This document shows, in pieces, positions 30,301 to 42,300 of a DNA stretch of 59,613 bases; position 1 is the first letter of the stretch; every line of letters starts with the position of its first letter. Below the pieces are notes generated by a model, which saw nothing but the letters and a program-made list of their open reading frames with translations, did no database searches and had not been told where the DNA came from. The position numbers and the translations under genes were made by a program. The stretch spans positions 1-59,613 of the IMG/VR virus record IMGVR_UViG_3300031578_000031; one strand, written 5' to 3'. This DNA is from a virus. Taxonomy: Duplodnaviria; Caudoviricetes.

Positions 30301-33300
30301 ATGCCTGGTACACCAAAGGAAGAAAGAAAGAAAATGTATGACCTGCTCAAATCTGAGAAGGAATACGATGGAGACTCTTTTGAAGATTTTGAAGCTGATT
30401 TCGGTACAGCCGAAGGTCAAAAAATGTTATTTGACCATGTTTCTAAAAAGGGGCTTTATACTAAAAAGTATGAGGATTTTGTTGGCAAATATTATGCTGA
30501 CGTAAACCAAGAGCAAGTTACCGAAAAAAAAAAGGAACAAAAAGCTGCAATCCAAGAAGAGGTTGGTGGCGGTTGGTTCGATGTTGGCTTGCCCGAAGAA
30601 TCTACCCCGAAGGATTCTCCGAAGCCGGCTACAATACTAATGGACCCGAAAAAGGCCGCAGCTCAAATTGTAAACAGTAACGAGAAAATAAATTCTGAAA
30701 GTCTTAATGAATTGTCAAAGCGCATGGGTGCAGCATTTGGCACGAATGAGGTATGGGATAATAATGTAAAAAATGCTGAGAAAAAGCTAAATACGGAGCT
30801 ATCTGTTTTAGAGGAAAGAAAGGCTGCTGGCGACATTAAGGATGAAGCTATCTATAAAAAACTTGTAGAAAAATCTCAAAAAAAGCACGATAACACCGTA
30901 AAGGTTGCACAAGATGCGAAGCTATATGAAAGAAAATTGTCGAATGAAGGGATTGCTCCTCCGACTTATTTAGCATTAGAAACATTGAAAACCATGCAGC
31001 CGGAAGAGGAATGGGTAGATAAGCCCATTTCTGATAAATTATTTCATCAAATAGATGAAATGTCGAAGAAAGATGGTTCTTACCTATCACTTGATTTGCC
31101 TGAAAGAGCTGACCCAAGCATGATGATAATTCCTTTCTCAAGGAGTGCTCCACTTGCTGATAATGTAGATAAAGTATTAGATGCAGAGGGATTTACGGGA
31201 ACAGAACGTTCCGCTATGCGATTACATCTACTACAAAGACTGGTTAATCAGCCAAGAATTGATAAAATAGAAACGAAATTAGCAAAATCCCTAAAGAAAT
31301 TAGGAATGCCCTCTCCTGCGGAGTTTGAGAAAGAGGCTTCTATTATTCAAGACATTCAGAATAATGTAAATAATCAAGTTGTTAAGTATCGTGCCAATTG
31401 GGAGAACCAAGGGAAGGTGCTTGACGATGCCTTTAAAGTGAAAAGTGACTCTTATAAAGAACAGAAAACATTAGAACTTGAAGGACTTGTTGCTGCCTAT
31501 CAAACTGCATTTGAAAAAGGAGAAGTAAGTGATAAGGTTGCAAACGAAGCAATTAAGAAGAAACAGGAAGAGATAAATGCTGAGTTCAAGACTATGTATG
31601 ATGATTACATAGTCAAGCGTAGTGCAATTCAAGAGCAAAGTGCAGTAGAATATGGTAATATTCATAAGCTAAATGAAGAGTCAGTAGCGAAAATAGCCAA
31701 ATTCAAAGAAAAGTATAAGCTGGTGGACGGTAAGTTCTCTGAAGAATACAAAGAAAAATACCAAGCGGTTGTCGAAAGTGTATGGGAAGAGCAAGATTTG
31801 ATTGACAAATCGGCTCAAGCAGATGCTTGGAATAAAATGAATTACCTGCAAAAATTTGAGACATCCTTACAAGGTGGATTTATGAATTTGGCAGAGATGG
31901 GATTTGGCGGATGGAAGTATTTCGCACCTGGTGCGGAAATGCCGGATATTGGATTGATTGATATTGATATTGCCCGTAAAAATGCACCGGCACCTGATCT
32001 TGGTGATTTTAATTTACATCACCTATATAGCCCTGATTGGTGGGTAAAGAATTTAGGAGAGCAGCTTCCTATTATGTTACCCCTAATGGGTACAGGTGGA
32101 GCTGTAATGAAAGGAGTTACATTAGGATTAGGCACAAAAGGGGCTACGAGTGCCCTTTCAAATGTGCTTGGAAAGTATGGACAACTAACTTTACAGACTC
32201 GCCAAGCGATTGGGTCTGTTTTTGGTGGTGGTGCATCAAGGTACATTGAGTCTTACATGGAAGGGTCATTGACGTTTACAGAATCTCTAAAAGATGGTAA
32301 GAGTTGGGAGGAATCAATGAAAAACTTCCAAACTGTTCGAGATTCTAATCTTATGTTAATGGGACTGGATGCTATGCAGATGTATATGACTTTTGCAAAA
32401 GGGCCTAAGATAATGGCATCTAAAGCTCCTTATTCCGGCATTCCAAAGGGCTTGAAAAACGCATATTCCTTTGGGGGAAAAATGGGCATTATGATTTTCT
32501 CCGAAGGAAAAGAGGAGCAACTTCAAGAGTGGTTCCAAGCAAGGGTAAACAATCCTTACTTATCCTTTGGTGCATTCGCTAATTCTGAAGCAGGTAAAGA
32601 AGTGTTTTGGGTAGGTGGTATGATGGGCGTAGGGACCTCAGCAATGTTTGGTGGATTCCGTGACCGTTCTGCTATCGGTATGATAAATAAACAGGTCCAA
32701 AGCTATTATAGCATGATGGACTCAGGAGATGTTTCACTGGATGAAGTAGAGAATAGGCTCCACCAATTAGGAAGTACGATTGAAACATTAAAAGCTCAAG
32801 GCGTTCTTTCTGACAAAGAAATCGGGAATGCCCAAGAAATACTTGCACATAGTGGGCGTATGTTCAATCAAGTATATAATGGCATTTTACCATTTGAGTA
32901 TGATAGTCCTCAGTTCAACGAATATTCAGCCCTTACATGGGAGCATGAACAATTAAGAAAAAAAGCGGAACAGTACGATAAAGCTGTCCCTAATGAAGAT
33001 ACAGCAGTAGAGAAGGAGTTGATAAAATCTCAACAAGAGAATATCAATGACCGGATAATGGAAATAGTATCAGACCCTAAAGCAAGTAGCTATGGGGTAG
33101 ATGATATGCCATTGACAAAAACGGAGTTTGAGTCACTTGTATTTGATCCTGCAAACAGAGAAGCCTTAGACCAAGGTAGGCTTACTACTAATGACCCTGA
33201 AATATTAGCCAGGATGAGGTCAGAAGGCATTAAGGAAGAAATGTTCCTTGGCAATGCTGAGAATGTTATGACGGAATTAACCGGCAGCACTGACTTTTCT

Positions 33301-36300
33301 ATGGAGAATGTCGATGATTCCATAATGATAGCAGAAGATAAATTGGCCATTGCCAAAGAGGAAGCTGCAAAAAATGAGAATAGCTCAAAATACCCTAAGT
33401 TCCTGAATGCGGAAAGGGATGCTCAAAGAAATCTCGATGATTTGAAGTATTATAAAGGGCATCTTGAAGAGCAACAATCTATTTTAGATAAAGGAGTGAT
33501 TCAAACAGAATATACTCCAATCACCAATACGCAAGATTTACTTGATACTAAAAAAGATGATGTATTCGAGGGGCCTGATGGAAAACAATGGACTGTTGTA
33601 AACAACTCAGAGGGCAGGGGAATGATGAAGTCTGAAGATGGTAAGTATAAAGTATTTACAGCTTCGGAGGAGTCTATAAAAGAATTAGAAGGCTTTCGTA
33701 GAGTTTCGGAAGTCGCTGCTGTTACACCTGTTGTTAAGGAAGACATTACTCCGGCAAAAGAAGAAGGAGTAGTGGTACCCGAAGGGGATGGTGAAGTTAT
33801 TCTTGAAAACGAAGATGGGACACCGAGTGTTACTGCTTATACATCTGAGGAAAATGGGGTGACAACTACAAGAATCGAGAGCGAACCAAATAAACACGGT
33901 CACAAAGGGATGGACTGGTTTAATGGAGAGTTATTCGTAAAAGATTACGGGGTTCCGGAAGCTGAAATCCTAAATCAATTGCCGGGGGCGGAAGCTATAT
34001 CTGATGTCAATTCAGTTGTTGTTAGTGAAGAAAAAATAGATGCAGATGGTAATAAATCTGTTAGAATAACAGGGCGATACGAAAACCTGAACACAGGGAC
34101 AATGGAAGACTTCGATATAGAAGTTCCTGTTGCTAATTTAAACTATACGCTTACTCCGGAGCAAAAGAAGTTGATAGGCGAAACTATTGCTAAAGCTAAG
34201 GTTGAACCCACTCCGGCCAAGGAGAAAGCACCTGTCGTTGAAGAAAAAACAGAAGGTGAGCCTACTACCGAGGCTAAGGTTGAGCCGGTAAAAGAAAAGA
34301 AGGGTGTTATAAATGTAAATGCCCCAAACGAGCAAGGTAAACTTAATAATAAAGAAGTGAATCTCGATGTATCGGATGAAAATTCTATGTACGAGATATT
34401 CAATTCTATCGGAGATAATGCCGAAATTGATATAACAAGAGACCCTAAGAAGTTAGATCGTATGTTGGGAATGCCTAAAGAGTTTATGCTTGGGGCAATA
34501 GAGAATCCGCCTAAATCATCAGTTAAAACAGGTGAAGATTTACTAAATAATTATGAGATTATTCCTGGAAAAGTTAAAAAGGCTGGGCAAGGATATAAGG
34601 TAACGCAAAAAATAAAACTCGTTCCCAAGCAAGGGAAAAGTGTAGTTACACCTATCACCGAAACCAAAGTAGAGCCGGAACCTATTATAGAGGAAGAAGA
34701 AGATGTTGAAGGTGAATTGCAAGACACCCCTATCAATGCGGCCGAAGATGTTAAGCGTGGATATAGGGTTGTTGGTGGTATCCGATATGACCGTCCGGCT
34801 GTTATAGAAGATATGCATACCGGCGATGAGATTGGAGTTCGATTTGGGCCAAATGATAAGGTTCAAGCTAAGTTTGCAGTAATGGAAGCAAGTGACGTAG
34901 AGCAGTCACACATGAAAACCATGCCCAATCCTAAATTCTTTGTCAATCAGCCAAAGGGTAGAGGGCATGGCGACTTTATGAAAATCACCGGAACCATCAA
35001 GGCGATGGCCTTAGATAATGAAGCGTTGGCATATTCGGCCAATGCTTACTTTGGTCCACCGGTAGTCAATACAAGGGGAGAAGTCCTACAAGGGAATGGC
35101 CGGACTGAGGGTATCAAGATTGCTTATAACGAATATGGGAGTAACGCTGCGAGCTATAAGCAATACCTGATTGACAATGCAGCTAAATTCGGACTGGACC
35201 CTGATGTGATAGCAAAGATGGAACGGCCAATGATGGTTCGTGTCATTGATGTGACTGATGATGCCGGAAAGAAGCTGTCGAGCTTTAAATCTTCTGACCT
35301 TGAGGATCAAGGAGGAGCGAAGAGCGAAGCTATTTCAATGGTTCGTAAAGTTACGCCTGAGCAATTAGATAGCATTATTAGTGCTTTTGAAGGTAGATTG
35401 GATGCGTCAAAGTCTCTAAAAGAGATTGTGATGAATATAAAAATAATCAATGCCCTTCATAAGGCAGGGGCAATTTCGGACCAAGACTATTCCTCCGGAG
35501 TAACCGGTAGTGTTGTTAGTTCGGAATTGGCAGATAAAGCTGTCTCTTTCTTTAAGCAATTAGTATTAGAGGGGGGTATTCCTGACTTAGCATTTCACTT
35601 AGATCAATTGCCGTTCTATATCATGGATGGCATTGAGCGTTCAACGGTATCGCTATTAAGTACGAATCCACTACGGGATATTATGCCCGACTTGCACATA
35701 GCTATCCTTGGTGTTAGAGATTATCTATTCGGTAGAAAAAGTCAAAACTTAGGCAAATCTCAAACAATTGAGGATTGGTTAAATATTCTCGAATCGGATG
35801 GTTCAACGAAAAGAGACCAATATACACCCGTAGAGCTTGCGTTGATAGAGTTTATGGTGGATAAAACGGCTAAACAAAAAGAGATTGCTAAATTATTTGC
35901 CGACTATAAAACAGCAGTAGAACCTATTGTGGGGGATATGTTTACAGAATCCTTTGACGGTATATCGAAAGTAGAAGCTATAAATCAAATTCTTGGAACA
36001 AATATAGACGAAAATGAAAACAGAAGAAAAGAACTTGAACTTTCCCGAACTGGTGAAACAGCAACGGGAGTTCCGAGCAAAACAGAATCAACCGAAGCAA
36101 CAACCGGAGAATCAGGAGAATCGGTTAGCAAACAACCTACTACAACTGAGCAAGAACGCCAAATTGATAGAGATGAATCGGAAGTAGAGCCTTCTGAGAT
36201 GGAAATGAGCGATGTCTTTGCTGAATTTGATAGACTAATCAATTCAGGAGTAGATCATGTTATTGCTATGGATACAGCGATGTCCTTAGCTGAAAATTCA

Positions 36301-39300
36301 GGACTATCGGCAGAGGCCTTGGAAGAGATTGAGGATATTTTGGAGCAGGATGTCAAGCTTGAAAAAATCAAGAAGGGCGTTACAGAAAAAGCTTCCGAAA
36401 TAGAGATTGAGCTATCTGAAGATGTAACGCCGGCCAAGGTCGAAGAATTGGCTGAGGAGAACGATAAGCTTCTTGATGAGGCTATCCTCCCTACGGAGCT
36501 AAATGATGCGCTGATAGACCAATTAAGCCAAGGTGGATTGATTAGTATTGATGATGCCCATTATGCTAAAAAGCATTTAAAAGAGCCTAATGAAATTACG
36601 CAAGATTTCTATGACTTAGCTTTATCCAAGTTACCTGAATTTGCCGAAAAACAAAAAACTTCTAAAAAAGCTAAAGCAGAAAGAGCTAAAGCAGAGAAAG
36701 TCACTGGGAAGAAAAAAACAAAACCTACTGAAGAGAAGGCTGAAAAACCAAAAAATGCCAAAGAGAAAAACACTCAACTGGATAAAAAACTCGACATAGC
36801 TAAAACTAAGTTGCAGGATTTGTTGGATAAACTAAAAAATAACGATAAGAGCCAAAAATCAGGTGGGCCTACTATTGGAGAGGTACGTATGGCTGCAATG
36901 ACTTATGGTGCGCTTTATGCTGATAAAATAGCTGAGATTCATGCAGATAATCCGGAAAAGATAAACAAGGCAAATTGGAGACAAGGCATGATTGATACTT
37001 TTGGAGATATTATTAGTCCTTATTTGGATATGATTTTGGGAATGACTACACCTCCATCTGTCCATAATGACACTCCTATCCTATCTGACCATATAGCGAA
37101 TCTCAGGAAGATTGCCAAGGGCAAAGAGGTTGTTATCAATACAGAAACACCTGCTCCGGAAGGAAAGCAGGGCAAGCCAAAGGTAGATGAACGAGTAGGT
37201 AATGAGAGACCTCCTATAACTTATGTGAATTATGAAAAGCTACCAAGCTCAGTAGATGAGTTTATTCCGGAGTCTCGATATGGCACCGAATTAGACAAAC
37301 ATCAACGATTTGCTGTTAATATGGCTTTGACCAATTTCCTATCCAATGGCAAGCGTGGATTCTTATTGTTAGATAGTATGGGAGTTGGTAAGACTCGTCA
37401 AATTATAGCCACTGCTATCGAATATGCGAAACGGACCGGTAAAAAGGTTGTTATCGTAACTCAAAATCAACAAATAATTGATACGGCATTCATGCCGGAT
37501 GCCTTGGCTATGGGGATAGATTTAAGTAAGGAAAACGTTGAGCTTATTACCTATACCCAATTAGAAAAAGCTTCTAAGAATCAGTATGGGCTGGTAATCT
37601 ATGATGAATCCCAAAACTTGAAAAATCCAAGCAAAAGATTTGAAGCAAGTGGAGCAATAGTTAGTACCCATGTCATGTATTCTACGGCTACGCCTGGTGA
37701 TAATATAGGTAATGCTATATATTTCCTATCAGACCTACTTGGTATTTCAAGGGAAGAAATGATGGGGGAATTAGGTATTACTAAAACAAAGGAAGGAACT
37801 TGGGAGCTTCGTGCTAACAAGTCGGAGCTGGATGCCATTACTGCTATCAATGATTACATTCAAAAGAGCTTTGAGGATGGGCAGATTATTCGTAGAGAGT
37901 ACCCTTATTGGGGTACTATTGGAGAAGACATTATACCAATTGACTCTGATCAAGAATTAGAAATTGAAGGAATCAATGCTGCTTATGATGAACAGATAGA
38001 CAAAACGAGACCTAACCAAACATTCTATGATGGCAAAACCGGCCAAATGAAAAACTCCGGTAAAGGTAGGAGAGGTTGGGATAATCGGTATAAAGGCTTA
38101 TCGGATGATGCTGCTAATGTATTGGATGATGACATCATCCGTTCATTGAGGGAGCAAAAAATCAATATGCTTGACAAGCTTGTAGAGACATACAAAGTTA
38201 AAGCTGCTGTTTTGCGTATCAAGGCCAACCTGGCCGAAGGAAAAGCAGTAGTCGTTACATCTCAAAATGTGAACGAGCTAAATATTAAAGGATTAAATGG
38301 CGACATGACTACAACGGAGAAACGCCAATCTTTCCTACAAGAATTAGCAAAAGCCTTAGACAAGGCTGGTATCCCTTATGTAGAAATAAATGCAAAAACT
38401 GACAAGTCAAAAGCAGTTGAGGATTTTCAATCAGGGAAAGTAAATGTAGTAATAGGCTCCATGCAATCTATGTCCACTGGCATTAACTTAGATGATGTTA
38501 CCGGAGACAAGCCAAGGGTATTGTATGTTGCTTCTGCTTCATACGATGCTAATGCATTCAATCAGGTGCAAGGAAGAATTTCTCGTAGGAATACAAAAAC
38601 ACCTGCTGAGACAAATATTCTATATGGCAATACTGCTTCGGAAACAACCAAAAGAGGCAAGGTAGAAAGAAAGACAGGCGTACTTGGAGTATTCCAAGGA
38701 GCCGGATTAGATGCGGATAGTGCCAAGGAAATCGAAGAAAACGATAAATTACGTAAAGGTAAAGCCTTGGATCGCAAAAAACCTTATATCGAAACTTTTG
38801 AGGTAAAGGGGTCTATTGTATCCGGAGGCTTCATCCTGGTAAAGGATTCATTCGACATTAAAAACCTTCTCAAAAATATTGGGGCAAAACCTCATACTAA
38901 ATGGGAGAAACAATCCGATGGTACGAATAAAAAGGTATTCCAAGGGTGGGAGTTCCCAATCAGTCGTAAGGCTGAGATAGAGGAGTTGGTTGAGAAGTAT
39001 AATGCAGGGGAGTTGGATATAAATTATGCCCGAAATTCTAAGGCTAATTTTCAATTTTCTACGATGGCCGGCACAAATGCCAACCGTCAAGTGAATGCTA
39101 CTGCTCCAAAAGGAGGTACTGGCACTGCTCCTCGAATAGACGTATCTGTTATTACCGGTAAAAAGCCAAAACCTATTCGAGAGATTATTGGGGACGTTAG
39201 AAGAGCTTTTACTGTTTACATGAAGTATGGCAAATATCAACCTGGCAGCCGTGCTGCCGGTTCATATCAGGCAGTAAATTCTGCTATCCATGCAGCAACA

Positions 39301-42300
39301 CCTAATGATATAGATGTAATTGCACATGAATTAGGACATCTCCTCGATGATAGGCTAAAAATATCTCCTATGGATGATGCATTAGATACGGAATTGATGG
39401 ATTATTGGGCTTATGGGTCTGCTGCTCCGGCAAGCCATCCAAATCCTCAGCAATATATCCGTTCTGAAGGTATTGCTGAGTATATCCGTGCAATGATATA
39501 CAATCCTGCAGAAGCAAAGTCAAGGTCCCCTATCTTATGGGACTTGGTAATGAATAAATTATCAGAGGCAGAAATTAAAGCGTTAGAGACGTTTTCAGAA
39601 GATGTTAGAACGTTACATGGTGCTGATATTTTAGATCAGATGGCAGCCACTATGCAAGAAACTGAGGCTGATAGAAAAGCTCGAAGTAATGCTTATCAAA
39701 ACAAGAAAAGAGCTTGGGATAATATGATGCGCCGATTTGGATTCAAATCGGATGGAATGTCTAACTTTAATATTACGTGGTGGGATAAGTTGAATCGAAA
39801 TTGGGCAGACAAGTATGCTCCATTTAAAAAATCTATGCGTGAATTGCAGAAGATAAATGGAGTAACAGAGCAAGATATTCTACCGGAAGATAATCCATAC
39901 ACACTCGCAAGGTTATTCTCCGGACTGGGGAGTAAGATTAAGAATATGTTCCAACAAGGAGTTGTTACAATTGGCAAAGATGGACTCGGATATTCTCGAT
40001 TAACTGATTTATCGGATATTAGTAAACAAACCTATTTCAATAATGTCAAGAAAGGTGATATAGTGCAAAAGGGTGACGATAGTTACACTGTTGTTGAGGT
40101 CGAAAAAAAGCCTGGCACTAAGGATTCTGTTAAGATAACTGCATTTAAGAACTATGGGAAGGATGTAGATTCTTCCAAGTCAATTGAAATTGTATTTGGG
40201 TCAAAAGAAGCTACTGAATACAAAAAACAATCGCCTATTACAATGGATTGGCTGTTAGCCCCTATTCAATTGGCTATAAATGGAAAATCATCTAAATATG
40301 GTGCTGTTTCATTTAAGGGTAAAAATGTAGCGATAAGGGATTTTAAGGATTATGTAGGATTCTACATGGTAGCCGAAAGGACTATTGAATTAGCAAACAG
40401 GTTTAATAGAGAGGATGTTCTTACCGGTATAGGTATTGGCATGACAGATTTGGATGCAGCTCAGAAGTTTTTAGATAAGTTTGAAACAGAAGGCCCTGCC
40501 TTTCAGGAACAGGTACAAGAGGCAGCTCGCCGATACCGGATATTCGCTGATTCTATGTTACGATATATGCTTGACTCCGGAAGGATTAGTCAAGAGCAGA
40601 TTGACTTAATTAAGGCCAATAATCTCCAATACGTTGCAATGCAACGGGTACAGGATATGAATCCTGGAGAAGATTTTGATTTTATAGAGTCATCCGGTGG
40701 AGGCCAATTTAGCCTTGACAAAGCTGTAAAAGGTTCAAAGAGAGATAGATTTGACCCTTATGAAAACTTAATGACTAATTTTCATAAGGTAGTGGAGAGT
40801 TCTGACTTGAATCAGATTTATAATGCTTATGTAGATTTGATGAGAAATGATAGGTCTATGTACGAAGGAGATGTAACTCCTACGGCAGATATTGGCCGAC
40901 AAATTCATATAACTCCGACTACTGATATTAGCAACCGGCCAATTATTATTGTTTATAATAAAGGGGTAAAAGAATATTGGGAATTAGATCAAGATGTATA
41001 TGATTCAATTCAGCTAATTTCTCGTAGCATACAATATTCAGATGTTGTTAAATTGTTATTGAAAATAACAGGTGTTTACACCAAGGTTCTTCGTGGAACC
41101 GTTACAAAAAGTCCTATTTTTGCCTATCTAAGAAACTTGCCAAGGGATATTCAAGCAAGATGGGTTCAATCAAGAACAGCAGGGAAAGCAGATATTGCAG
41201 GATTCAGGGAGCATTACTTAAAGTTAGGACTGGATGAGAATACAGTTGAGGGGCTTATTAAAGATTTGAATAAGTCAAAAAAAGAGACTATATCTAACTT
41301 TGAGTTATATGGTGGGGACCAAGCAGGATATTATACAAAGTCTCGTGAACATTACTATGCTGCGATGGATGTAGCTATCAGAAAGATGGCAAAAGAAGGC
41401 AAAATTGTGATAGATTCTCAGACATTATCTGAAGTTTGGGATAACTATGACAATTGGTTAGCAAAGGGGGAGCGTAGCACCCGTGTAGCTGAATATAAAT
41501 CGGCATTCAAATACGCTAAGACGAAATTGAAGTATGACGATTATAATGCATCTTTATATGCAGCATTCCAAGCGAGAGACTTAATGGACTTCGCTGTTGT
41601 TGGGGTTCACATGGATTTCTTTAATAAAATAATTCCGTTCTCGAATGCCTCATTACAAGGTACATTGAGAACGATAAAAGCATTCAAGGAAAATCCAAAA
41701 GGGACTTTATTGAAATGGATGTTGATAAATGGTGCGCCTCATGCTTTGTTCATGGCTTTATCTATGCTTGGCGACTATGAGGATGAGTATGACGAATTGC
41801 CGGCATATCAAAAAGATATGTTCTATAATTTCAAGATACCACAACTTTCTAAGGACTTATGGTTCACTATACCTAAGCCATTTGAGTTAGGTATCACAGG
41901 GACGGCTTTTGAAAGGATGGCTACAATGATTAAAAATGGAGAAACATTCGACAAAGCATTCCAAGGATATAATGGTAGTTTGTACCGTGCCATGATACCG
42001 TTTGCTCCTGAAGATATGCTTGGCCCGTTCAAAGCGATAAATGAAGCAACATCTAACTATTCTGCGTTCTATCAATCGTCAATCATCCCTGGATATGAGG
42101 AACCATTGGCCGTTGGGATGCGAAAAGGGACATCAAAGGCATCTAACCTTGGGAAAGTAATTGGGTCTGCAATGGGATTTGGTGGAGAAGGGGTTGATCC
42201 TCGTAAAGTAGATTATGTTATTAAAAACTGGTTCTCTTATTTTGGGGACTTAGCTATGAAAACATCAGATCTATTCCCAAGCGGAGAAGAAGGTGATACG

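Noticed and set aside
34100-34125. EDFDIE as an RNA polymerase catalytic motif
   Set aside because: It lacks the third Asp and lies in a low-complexity region without RNAP context.
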